Shown here: positions 10,001-17,255 of the stretch, piece by piece
Position numbering within the stretch: position 1 is the first letter of the stretch
Layout of the letters: each line of letters begins with the position of its first letter
Assembly: GCA_021106665.1 (NCBI GenBank)
Contig: JAIOTR010000004.1
Coordinates: forward strand, 1 to 24,001
Reading direction: 5' to 3'
DNA from: Bacteroidales bacterium
GTDB lineage: Bacteria; Bacteroidota; Bacteroidia; Bacteroidales; JAADJA01
DNA length: 24,001 nucleotides
Program-made: the position numbers and the translations under genes
The notes under the pieces: model-generated
Databases searched by the model: none
Seen by the model: only the letters and a program-made list of their open reading frames with translations
What the model was told of the DNA's origin: nothing

Positions 10001-11418
10001 TGCAGTGTAATAAACCCTAATTTGCTATTGAAGGAATATTCATTTTGATTTAATTTTCTGGCCAGTTCTATTTTTTCAAAATCTTCACCTTGTACAAATT
10101 GTTCATTCAATAAATAATTGCTTACTTTATTTATGTCTCTCATTTCAGAAAGCTCGAGGATTGAAAATAGGTTATTGGCATTGTTATCTGGAAGTGGTGC
10201 ATGAATATAATTATAATCAGGTAAGATTTTATTGCTATGAATTTTTTCATATTCACCAATATCTGTGAAAGCCACAATATTACGGTTTTGGGTTACAGCT
10301 GCTCCGATATTTGTTACCCATACTTCAATTTCAGTAATGTTTATTCCAGAAGTAATGATGGGTAAATCGGCATAGGCTTTTTCATAGTTATCACGGAAAT
10401 AATGAGCAATGAAGAAGTGTTTGTTCTCTTCATAATCATCGGCTTTTAAAAGAAAATCATTGGTTTGAGCGCCTCCCTGAACAGTAATGGTTGAGGTTTC
10501 ACTTTCTTGCTCGGAATAGAGTGCTGTAACTGTTGTTTTGCCAAATCTTAATTTGGTCTTTATGCCGAATAAACTTTGGCTTCCTGTAATTAACGAACTG
10601 TTGAGGGGAAGACTTACATCACCGGCCTCAATTAATTGAATGATTTCGTCTTCGTCGCCTTCATAACTAAGATTAAGTTTGTTTTCAAAATCAAAGGTAG
10701 CCTCGGTGTTATAATTGGTTTTGAATTCAATTTTATCTCCGATTTTAGCTACTACATTCATTTGAATCTTTTCCTGGAAGTCGAAATTAACCTGGCTTCT
10801 TTGGTTTACATCAAGGGTAGGGTCATCCCTGGTATTACCAATTACCTGAAAAATTAATTCCACACTACCTGAAGGGCGAATATCAATGGTGTGGCCTCCA
10901 AAAATTTTATCGAATGCTTTACCTCCGATATAAATGGAGGGGATGATCCCACTCCTGGTGCCTACACCGGCAGCCTTGGCTCTTTCTCGCCAATATTCCT
11001 GAACTGAGTTTTCAAGATCGTACTCCCTGTACTCCTCAAGCGACATATAAGTGGGAGACCTGTAATCCAACTCTCCCATTTTATGTTTCATGATATACTG
11101 ACCGGTTTCCGGATCATATTCAACCTCAGTTTCTAAATTTGAAGGGGATTTTAAGAAAAGGGGATTTGTATTATCATTACCTGTATATGGAAATTGTTCT
11201 TCTTCGGTTGGGTAGGGAAGGTTGAGGTGTTGGGTAGTGTCATCACCTGTAATTGAGTCGGGAGGGAATAAAAATTTGTTCACTTTGTAATGATTATCTG
11301 CCATGTGCCATCCAGTTCGGGTGTTTCCCCAGGCAATGGAACAAATAAACATCAATAAAGTGAAGAGTAAACTATATCTTACAATCCGCTCCAAATAAAA
11401 AGTCTTTTCTAAAATCAA
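4042..11418 (-). CDS. sprA: Type IX secretion system outer-membrane translocon SprA/Sov
   Basis: About 2450 aa, uninterrupted. Typical segments: KIQMNVVAKIGDK, NYNTEATFDFEN, GSQSLFGIKT, NLHERPLTQKV, YIDDFEG, EYIEFWMMDP, IRFMRMFL, WVNELRL, terminal GGISLRFSLAQ. Start is uncertain: TTG at 11418 or TTG at 11394 (LERIVRY). Confidence 0.95.
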   Translation of the reverse strand: MILEKTFYLERIVRYSLLFTLLMFICSIAWGNTRTGWHMADNHYKVNKFLFPPDSITGDDTTQHLNLPYPTEEEQFPYTGNDNTNPLFLKSPSNLETEVEYDPETGQYIMKHKMGELDYRSPTYMSLEEYREYDLENSVQEYWRERAKAAGVGTRSGIIPSIYIGGKAFDKIFGGHTIDIRPSGSVELIFQVIGNTRDDPTLDVNQRSQVNFDFQEKIQMNVVAKIGDKIEFKTNYNTEATFDFENKLNLSYEGDEDEIIQLIEAGDVSLPLNSSLITGSQSLFGIKTKLRFGKTTVTALYSEQESETSTITVQGGAQTNDFLLKADDYEENKHFFIAHYFRDNYEKAYADLPIITSGINITEIEVWVTNIGAAVTQNRNIVAFTDIGEYEKIHSNKILPDYNYIHAPLPDNNANNLFSILELSEMRDINKVSNYLLNEQFVQGEDFEKIELARKLNQNEYSFNSKLGFITLHSTLNSDQTLAVAFQFQNIGDTTIFQVGEFSDEGITGQNCLMVKLLKSTYVNIRSPIWDLMMKNVYALNAYQVNRDDFTLNILYSGDETGVPTGYFEEGPFNGDPLINVFNLDNLDALGNPLPHGDGVFDFLDNAATQGGTINSSNGRIFFTVLEPFGSYLREKFGEEYENLADKYCYDSLYTLTKTGAQQYAEKNKFLISGYYKSQSGSEISLNALNVPQGSVTVTAGGTPLIENVDYTVDYTLGRVRIINEGILNSGTPINISMESNTLFSIQTKRLMGAHIDYDFSKDFHIGGTILNLHERPLTQKVNYGDDPISNTIWGLDYSYQTESRFITKLVDKLPFISTSAPSNIAIDGEFAHFLPGHSRAVGGEGVSYIDDFEGTVSTIDLRGYTSWYLASTPQFQNDLFPEANIYGDKSSIAYGFNRAKVAWYVVDPSVFYDRNSSLRPPNITNDELSNNYVRQILEKEVFPNKEIAQGTPTNIGVFNMAYYPSDRGPYNYDSWPTGISDGIKEDGTLATPDSRWGGIMREITTPDFEASNIEYIEFWMMDPFAEGSPNTTSSGGELYFNLGDISEDILKDSRKSYEHGLPISENFDETDIINTVWGRIPNKLDLVQSFSNEPGARDYQDVGYDGLRDDDERNYFTEFSEYDSAYYYLDNLKTLYGENSTVYGIANADPSGDNYRNYRGDDLDIDDTYSSVLRRYKEYNGPDGNSPENVDGGVYEGNTRKPNVEDLNNDNTLSEGERYFQYRIILKPSEMKVGENYITDIQEGEADLANGETTTVNWYQFKIPVKTPDKIVGNITDFRSIRFMRMFLKEFSEPVVLRFATLDLVRGEWRRYPPSDEMLEPNVYLTSSQLNAKSFDLSAVNIEENGKREPINYVEPPGIEREVNIGTTNLTRMNEQSMVMRVCDLADGDAAAAYKTAEFDFRQFKKLKMFVHAEKSKEDDVLKQGDLTIFIRLGSDFTQNYYEYEIPLKPTEWNDASTPEKIWPEENEFNIDLKQLANVKLERNTAMRQAGSDIQLNSPYYYYAHDGTHRITVRGSPTLSDVKAMMIGIRNPVKSALNPEDDGTTKCAEIWVNELRLTDFNKQGGWATTGRVAMNLADLGNLVVSGTYSSPWFASLDKKITEIQLDAMSQFDIATNLELGKFFPEKAGVRIPMHFDYSQVRIKPKFNPLDPDLELDEVLDSYEIKDQRDSIKALTIDYTRRKNINFMNVRKDRVGAQKKSRIYDVENFDLSYSFSEVYHRNVDIEYDVEQNHMGGIGYNFNTNPKNVKPFEKIGFISKTKALQFLKDFNFYFLPKMFSFRTDMNRMYNEKKLRNKSFGNVITNATYNKTWDWNRIYDLKFDLAQSLTFSFNAVANSYIDEYPESNKILWDKGDLDGDGFDDEITPDQKQQKVKDEIFNGGTKSRYTQMASFNYNLPINKLPLLDWVTATAGYNVSYNWTAPPKAMKALGNTISNNVNWNINGNADLNKLYNKLDFLKKINSPPRKRSGKKGQKKQAKNPDDTTKVTKPKVNYGKIAYETVLKLLMSVKKVSFQYSQNQGTSLPGFMPEATILGNDWNKNAPGFKFIFGAQPESPEYFNKEGWLSQDYRLNTSYMQMANKNLSFRVSIEPFRDLKIDLTADRTYAQNYQTLYVYDTIDGKFIENSAMQMGSFSMTYITWGTAFGGSLEDEKSEYFENMKDYRYDIANRIANDDPRDIAVNDSTGFPEGYGPTSQLVLLPSFVAAYSNKSPESVSLDAFPTIPLPNWRISYNGLSKVTFLQGIFKTVTLNHAYNSSYNIGSFTTSINFLPDTINGLVVPTRKNPNNGDYYPEYDFAVVTIMEQFSPLINIDMTFQNSLLAKFEMKKSRNLSMSFANNQLTEVSSDEFIIGLGFRFKEVPINLSRLTGGKGKTFKSDLNIKANFSIRNNKTVLRNIDSDINQVSAGQKVTGINASIDYMLSKSLTLRLFYDKITTNPFLPSQYRNSTWSGGISLRFSLAQ

Positions 11419-11421
11419 AAA

Positions 11422-11467
11422 ACTTTGAAAAACTCAACTAATTCTAATGTTAACAGTTTTTCAAAGT
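11422..11467 (-). terminator. 13-bp perfect inverted repeat with U-rich tail (terminator/attenuator or operator)
   Basis: ACTTTGAAAAACT (11422-11434) and AGTTTTTCAAAGT (11455-11467) with a 20-nt spacer. On the minus strand TTTTTGATTTT follows directly. Confidence 0.55.
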
Positions 11468-11489
11468 ATATAGTTAACCACCAAAAGTT

Positions 11490-12089
11490 TTACAATATTT
11501 TTAATGCCTCTTTAATCAGTATTTCAACAGGAAGGTCTGCTCCTTCTTTTTCCAAAACTTTGCTTAAAGCCCTATCTGCCGCCGGTTTATTAAATCCTAA
11601 AACGGTTAATCCTGATAACGCTTCTTCTTTATTAGTATTGTGTTCAACACCAACAAAATCATGCGATATTTTTCCTTTTTCCAATTTGTCTTTCAAATCA
11701 ATAATAATTCGTTGAGCCGACTTTGCTCCAATGCCTTTAACTGATTGTAAAACTGCCGGATTATTTCCAACTATGGCAGCGTACAATTTTTCGGTTGCAA
11801 GAGATGATAACATCAATAAAGCAGTGCTTTGACCAACTCCCGATACCGATATCAATTGCAGGAAAAATTCCCGTTCCTGCTCATCAGCAAAACCAAATAA
11901 TACAAACCCAACCGGGGTCGTAGCCTCATTTTTTATGGCGAAATGAGTGAATAATTTAAAGTGTCCTTTGTCTTTTAATTTTGTAAATGTATTGAGCGAA
12001 ATATTAATCATATACCCAATACCCTGACAATCGATCACGACATATGCAGGATTCTTCTCAATCAGTTTTCCCTCTATATATGAATACAT
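11490..12089 (-). CDS. ruvA: Holliday junction branch migration protein RuvA
   Basis: 199 aa. OB-fold N-terminus (YIEGKL...GIGY), HhH motifs VSGVG and VKGIGAKSAQRII, and C-terminal EALSGLTVLGF...LIKEALK. Confidence 0.96.
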   Translation of the reverse strand: MYSYIEGKLIEKNPAYVVIDCQGIGYMINISLNTFTKLKDKGHFKLFTHFAIKNEATTPVGFVLFGFADEQEREFFLQLISVSGVGQSTALLMLSSLATEKLYAAIVGNNPAVLQSVKGIGAKSAQRIIIDLKDKLEKGKISHDFVGVEHNTNKEEALSGLTVLGFNKPAADRALSKVLEKEGADLPVEILIKEALKIL

Positions 12090-12255
12090 TAGCTGAAATG
12101 ATTAAAAGTTATAGCTAACTAAGCTAGTTCAAAAAAATTGACTGCTAAAATATAAATTTAAATAAATACATGCTGGCTTTGAAGTATAATTTGTAAACAA
12201 TTTTTCATTGGAAAAAATAATAGTGAAATAGTAGTTTTTTAAAAGAACAAATTAT

Positions 12256-12263
12256 TAATTTTG
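12256..12263 (+). promoter_or_regulatory. -7 element TAATTTTG for maeB
   Basis: Exact TAnnTTTG match followed by CCGC, 37 bp before the ATG at 12301. Confidence 0.6.
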
Positions 12264-12300
12264 CCGCTTGTTAATTAATTCACAATAAAAATATTTTTCG

Positions 12301-14595
12301 ATGGATACTTTATTCAGAAAAGACGCTTTTAATTATCATTCAAAAGGGAGACCCGGTAAAATTGAAGTTGTTCCCACTAAACCTTATTCAACCCAAAGGG
12401 ATCTGTCATTAGCCTATACACCAGGGGTGGCTGATCCATGTCTTGCTATCAAAGACAATCGGGATGATGTTTATAAATACACTGCCAAAGGAAACCTGGT
12501 AGCCGTTATTTCAAATGGAACGGCTGTTTTGGGTTTGGGAGACATCGGGCCGGAGGCAGGTAAACCTGTTATGGAAGGAAAGGGTTTGCTTTTTAAGGTT
12601 TTTGCAGATATTGATGTATTTGATATTGAAGTAAACGAAAAAGATATTGATAAGTTTGTTGATACAGTGGTTGCTATTGCTCCGACTTTTGGTGGTATCA
12701 ACCTTGAAGATATTAAAGCGCCTGAATGTTTTGCCATTGAGGATAAAATAAAAGCAGCAGTTGATATTCCTGTAATGCATGACGATCAGCACGGAACAGC
12801 AATCATAACATCTGCAGGTTTGCTCAATGCATTAGAAATTAATGGGAAGAAAATTGATAAAATAAAAATTGTTGTAAATGGTGCTGGCGCATCTGCAGTT
12901 TCCTGCACTAAGTTGTATATGAAATTGGGTGTAAAGCCTGAGAATATCACAATGGTTGATAGCAAGGGTGTAATACATAAAGACAGGACAGATTTAAATG
13001 AAATAAAAAAACAGTTTGCTACAAGCAAACCTGTTCATACACTCGAAGAAGCGGTAAAAGGGGCTGATATGTTTCTGGGATTATCAGTTGCCGGCGCACT
13101 GAAAAAAGAATGGCTGAAAGAAATGGCTGATAATCCCATAGTTTTTGCACTTGCAAATCCTGTTCCTGAAATTCTTCCGGAAGAAGCATTTTCTGTGAGG
13201 GATGATATAATCATGGCAACCGGACGGTCAGACTATCCTAATCAAATTAATAATGTTCTTGGATTTCCATTTATTTTCCGAGGTGCACTTGATGCTAAAG
13301 CAACAACCATTAACGATGAAATGAAACTTGCGGCATCAATGGCTCTGGCTGAACTTGCTAAATTGCCTGTGCCTGAGGAGGTAAATATTGCTTTTCAGAC
13401 CCAAAACCTAAAATTTGGAAAAGATTATATCATTCCCAAACCAACAGATCCAAGGTTAATAGTTCATGTTGCACCGGCTGTTGCCAGGGCAGCAATGGAG
13501 TCGGGTGTGGCAAGAAATCCAATAAAAAATTGGGATAAATACAGTGAAGAACTTAACAAAAGATTGGGGATCTCCAATCCTTTGATAAGACAGATAAAAT
13601 CCAGCGTAAAACGTGATCCGAAACGTGTTGTTTTTGCTGAGGCTGAAAATTATAAAATGCTGAAAGCCGCTGAAATTGTGATGAATGAAAAGCTTGCTGA
13701 GCCGGTTCTTTTGGGCAGTCATGATACCATAAAAGAATTGATAGAAATTAATGATTTGGAACTGGAGGGAGTGGAAATTATTGATCCGAAATCGAAGAAA
13801 GAAAAACAAAGGAGACAAAAATTTGCAGAATTGTACTGGAAAAAAAGGCAGCGCAAAGGAGTAACAATGACATCTGCACAAGATGCTATGTTACATCGTA
13901 ATTATTTTAGCCCGATGCTTGTAGAAAGCGGACATGCAGATGCAATGATATCCGGCCTCACACGGAATTATCCTGATACATTACGACCTGCCATTGAAAT
14001 AATCGGTAAAAAGGAAGGCGCAAATATCGTGTCGGGAATGTATATAATTAATACAAAGGAAGGATCCTTCTTCCTTTCTGATTGTACAGTAAATAAAAAT
14101 CCTACAGTAGAAGAAATGGTTGAAATTACTTTGCAAACTTCATTTGCTGTTGAGCAATTTAAAATCAAACCACGAATAGCATTTGTTTCCTATTCTAATT
14201 TCGGATCGAATGATGGCGCTATCCCGCAAAAGCAAAGGGAAGCTGTATCTATCCTTCACAGGGATTATCCTGATTTAATTGTTGATGGAGAGATGCAGGT
14301 AAATGTAGCATTAGATGAGGAGATTTTAAGTGAAAGCTTTCCATTTTCGAAATTAGCAGGAGGGAAGGCAAATACACTTATTTTTCCTTATTTAACAGCG
14401 GGGAATATAGCTTACAAACTTCTTCAAACTATGAGTAAATTTGAAGTTATCGGACCGGTAATTAATGGATTATGTAAATCTGTTCATGTACTCCAAATTG
14501 GTTCCAGCGTTCCGGAGATTGTAAATATGGTGTTGATTGCTGTTATGGATGCGCAGTGTGCCGAGAAGAGAGCCAAGAATAACGGATGTAAATAG
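12301..14595 (+). CDS. maeB: NADP-dependent malic enzyme with C-terminal phosphotransacetylase-like domain
   Basis: 764 aa. DLSLAYTPGVA, KPVMEGK, GGINLEDIKAPECF, HDDQHGTA, GAGASA, TGRSDYPNQINNVLGFP, and a PTA-like domain (RVVFAE...DGEMQ...GNIAYKL). Confidence 0.96.
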   Translation: MDTLFRKDAFNYHSKGRPGKIEVVPTKPYSTQRDLSLAYTPGVADPCLAIKDNRDDVYKYTAKGNLVAVISNGTAVLGLGDIGPEAGKPVMEGKGLLFKVFADIDVFDIEVNEKDIDKFVDTVVAIAPTFGGINLEDIKAPECFAIEDKIKAAVDIPVMHDDQHGTAIITSAGLLNALEINGKKIDKIKIVVNGAGASAVSCTKLYMKLGVKPENITMVDSKGVIHKDRTDLNEIKKQFATSKPVHTLEEAVKGADMFLGLSVAGALKKEWLKEMADNPIVFALANPVPEILPEEAFSVRDDIIMATGRSDYPNQINNVLGFPFIFRGALDAKATTINDEMKLAASMALAELAKLPVPEEVNIAFQTQNLKFGKDYIIPKPTDPRLIVHVAPAVARAAMESGVARNPIKNWDKYSEELNKRLGISNPLIRQIKSSVKRDPKRVVFAEAENYKMLKAAEIVMNEKLAEPVLLGSHDTIKELIEINDLELEGVEIIDPKSKKEKQRRQKFAELYWKKRQRKGVTMTSAQDAMLHRNYFSPMLVESGHADAMISGLTRNYPDTLRPAIEIIGKKEGANIVSGMYIINTKEGSFFLSDCTVNKNPTVEEMVEITLQTSFAVEQFKIKPRIAFVSYSNFGSNDGAIPQKQREAVSILHRDYPDLIVDGEMQVNVALDEEILSESFPFSKLAGGKANTLIFPYLTAGNIAYKLLQTMSKFEVIGPVINGLCKSVHVLQIGSSVPEIVNMVLIAVMDAQCAEKRAKNNGCK

Positions 14596-14634
14596 CACAA
14601 TTTATACATCCTGATTTTCCCCTATTAATATATC

Positions 14635-15825
14635 TTATAACAACAGTCTTTTATTTTCACTGTTATTCAGCATTTGTTTGAGTAGCTCATCCGGATTTGC
14701 AAAGCGGTTATTTAAAATCATGGATGCGATGATATAAGGTTTGTAGCCGGCTTCCATATAAGTTTGGATCCTGTATTTCTCAAAAACTTCCCTTTGAACC
14801 TCTCCTTGCTCGCAGGAAATTCCCGAAATGTCAGCGGGCAGACAATGCATATAAAGAGCGCTTTTATCCTTGGTTAAATTCATCAACTTTTCTGTACATT
14901 CCCAATTTTTGTTTTTGGCATTGTGGTTTAATCCCTCCTCCTCAAGTTCTGAAATTTTATTGTGATCATTATTTTTCACTAATTCAGATTTTGCTTGCAT
15001 AATATGCAAGGGCGCCCAGCTTTTAGGATAAACTACATCAGCATTTTCGAAAGCTTCTTCCATTGAATCAACAATTTTGAATGATCCTTCAGACTGTTTT
15101 GATTGGATATTTGCTTTATCAATTACTTCGGGCAATAGTTCATACCCATCCGGATGGGCCAAATGTACATCCATTCCAAAACGTGTCATTAATCCAATAA
15201 TACCCTGTGGAACCGATAATGGTTTTCCATAGCTAGGTGAGTAAGCCCATGACATCGCAATTTTTTTCCCATGTAATGCTTCCAATGAACCAAAATGGTT
15301 TTTCAGATGGAGTAAATCTGATAAGCTTTGTGTTGGATGATCAATATCGCACTGCAAGTTTATGATTCCGGGGCGTTGTTCTAAAACTCCGTTTTCAAAT
15401 CCATCATCCAGGGCTTCACCAAATTTTCGCATGTAGTCATTTCCGATCCCGATATATTTATCATCTCTGATTCCAACGATATCTGTAAAAAAGGAGATCA
15501 TATTTGCTGTTTCCCTCAATGTTTCACCATGTCCGACTTGCGATTTCGATTCATCAAAATCCTGAACAGTTAATCCAAGTAAGTTGGCAGCTGATGCAAA
15601 TGAAAATCTTGTTCGTGTAGATTGATCCCTGAAAATTGAAACAGCCAATCCTGAATCAAAACATTTTGAGGAAATATTTGATTTCCTTAAAGATTTTAAA
15701 ACCTCAGCTATTTTTATGATTTGAAAGATATCATCATCCGATTTTTCCCAAGTGAGTAAAAAGTCTTTTTGGAATAGGTTTGAATTTAAATTCGATATTT
15801 CTTCAATGATTTGCTGAATAGCCAT
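14635..15825 (-). CDS. ygeW: YgeW-family knotted carbamoyltransferase
   Basis: 396 aa. KDFLLTWE, carbamoyl-phosphate motif FRDQSTRTRFS, NLQCDIDHPTQ, WAYSPSYGKPLSVPQG, YPKSWAP and MHCLPADI are all YgeW hallmarks. Confidence 0.93.
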   Translation of the reverse strand: MAIQQIIEEISNLNSNLFQKDFLLTWEKSDDDIFQIIKIAEVLKSLRKSNISSKCFDSGLAVSIFRDQSTRTRFSFASAANLLGLTVQDFDESKSQVGHGETLRETANMISFFTDIVGIRDDKYIGIGNDYMRKFGEALDDGFENGVLEQRPGIINLQCDIDHPTQSLSDLLHLKNHFGSLEALHGKKIAMSWAYSPSYGKPLSVPQGIIGLMTRFGMDVHLAHPDGYELLPEVIDKANIQSKQSEGSFKIVDSMEEAFENADVVYPKSWAPLHIMQAKSELVKNNDHNKISELEEEGLNHNAKNKNWECTEKLMNLTKDKSALYMHCLPADISGISCEQGEVQREVFEKYRIQTYMEAGYKPYIIASMILNNRFANPDELLKQMLNNSENKRLLL

Positions 15826-15856
15826 GTTATGTATTTTTGATTAGATGATTTATTGA

Positions 15857-17044
15857 TTAAATTGATAAAGCATAGGCTGCATAAAATGCAGATGCTACCT
15901 GTAAGTCTTGAATTGGAATTTTTTCATTTGGGGCATGAGCCATCACTTCATCACCTGGTCCAAATCCAATAATTGGGATATTATAAATACCATTGATAGT
16001 AACCCCATTGGTTGAAAAAGTCCATTTGTCAACTTTTGGAGGTTCATTAAAAAGTTCTTTGTAAGTGATAACTCCAGTAGTAATAACCGGATGATTTTCT
16101 TCCATTATCCATGTCGGATAATATTTCTCCATTCCATACATGTTTCCTGTAAAAGCTTCTTCTTCATAATAAGGGATCGAAATTTTGGGATCCAATCCTT
16201 GCAACGCCTCCTCCAATTCATGAATCGCTGATTTTTTTGTCTCACCCCAGGTAAGCCTTCTGTCAATGTGCAATTGAGCAAAATCAGCCACAGCACATAA
16301 TGAAGGACTATCCGATTTAATTTCAGAAATTGTTATAGAACCTTTACCCAGAAAATCATCATGTTTAAGGTTATAATTTAAATCTTTAATTCTTAAGGCA
16401 GCTTCAGAAGCCAGGTAAATAGCATTTTTACCCCGTTCAGGTGCCGAGCCGTGAGAAGAGATGCCTTGAAATGAAATCTGGATTTCCATCCTCCCCCTTT
16501 GTCCTCTGTAGATATTCAGATTAGTGGGTTCAGTAATTATGACTACATCTGGTTTTATCTTATCCTCCTCAATAATATATTTCCAGCACAATCCATCACA
16601 ATCTTCCTCCATAACGCTTCCAATAAAATAAATCGTCAGGTTATCAGGAATGCCAATTTCTTTTAAAATTTTGATGGATGTTAGCATGGAGGCCACTCCT
16701 CCCTTTTGATCTACACTCCCACGGCCATGAACGAAACCATTTTTAATTTCACCTGAAAAAGGATCAAAATCCCAATTATTCATATTCCCAACATCAACTG
16801 TGTCCATATGCCCGTCAATGGCTATAACTTTTGATCCGTTGCCCATTTTACCAATACAATTTCCAAGTCCGTCAATTATTACTTCGTCTGCTCCACATTC
16901 TTCCATAAGTTGCTTTAAAACTTTCTGAACTGACTTCTCATTGCAACTGAGCGATTCGATTCGTACTAGTTTTGAAAGATTCTCTGCGCTCAAATTAATA
17001 TACGCCTGTGATAATTCATTTGTTTTATTAAAAATATTCGCCAT
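15857..17044 (-). CDS. ygeY: YgeY-family M20 metallo-amidohydrolase
   Basis: 395 aa. DGHMDTV, GRGSVDQKGG, EEDCDGLCW, TEPT, YRGQRGRMEI, HGSAPERG, DRRLTWGET, KWTFSTNG, GFGPG and HAPNE. Confidence 0.92.
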   Translation of the reverse strand: MANIFNKTNELSQAYINLSAENLSKLVRIESLSCNEKSVQKVLKQLMEECGADEVIIDGLGNCIGKMGNGSKVIAIDGHMDTVDVGNMNNWDFDPFSGEIKNGFVHGRGSVDQKGGVASMLTSIKILKEIGIPDNLTIYFIGSVMEEDCDGLCWKYIIEEDKIKPDVVIITEPTNLNIYRGQRGRMEIQISFQGISSHGSAPERGKNAIYLASEAALRIKDLNYNLKHDDFLGKGSITISEIKSDSPSLCAVADFAQLHIDRRLTWGETKKSAIHELEEALQGLDPKISIPYYEEEAFTGNMYGMEKYYPTWIMEENHPVITTGVITYKELFNEPPKVDKWTFSTNGVTINGIYNIPIIGFGPGDEVMAHAPNEKIPIQDLQVASAFYAAYALSI

Positions 17045-17067
17045 TGTCTCTTTTTAATTTGTCCAAC

Positions 17068-17096
17068 CAAAAGTAAAAAATTCCCTGATTGATCAA
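17068..17096 (-). promoter_or_regulatory. Promoter for ygeY-ygeW: -7 TACTTTTG (17068-17075) and -33-like TTG (17094-17096)
   Basis: Exact TAnnTTTG match 23 bp before the ygeY ATG, with a TTG 18 bp further upstream inside the palindrome TTGATCAA (17089-17096). Confidence 0.6.
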
Positions 17097-17255
17097 CTTC
17101 ATTTTAGGAAACTTTAATTTTTTTTATTTTTTCTTAGGTAATATAAATTATATAGTATAATTTTATTGAAAATTATTGAAAGCAACTATTGATGTTTAAG
17201 GTAGTTAAATTAAAAAATAAAATAGTAGTTCTTTGAATTAGTTAGTTGGTTATAA

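Noticed and set aside
173-12274. TGTTAA/TTAACA in several intergenic regions (173, 3400, 3947, 11448, 12269)
   Set aside because: A rough composition-based expectation is about 3 hits in about 1.7 kb of AT-rich intergenic DNA versus 6 seen (the palindrome at 11448 counts on both strands). Spacing to start codons is inconsistent.
3935-12284. Isolated one-mismatch DnaA boxes TTACCCACA (3935-3943) and TAATTCACA (12276-12284)
   Set aside because: Single, unclustered sites compatible with chance.
14596-14634. Terminator between convergent maeB and ygeW
   Set aside because: No hairpin is visible in the 39-bp gap.
14635-17044. Selenocysteine recoding suggested by the selenium-linked YgeY family
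   Set aside because: Both ORFs are full length with no in-frame TGA, and there are no sel genes in the window.
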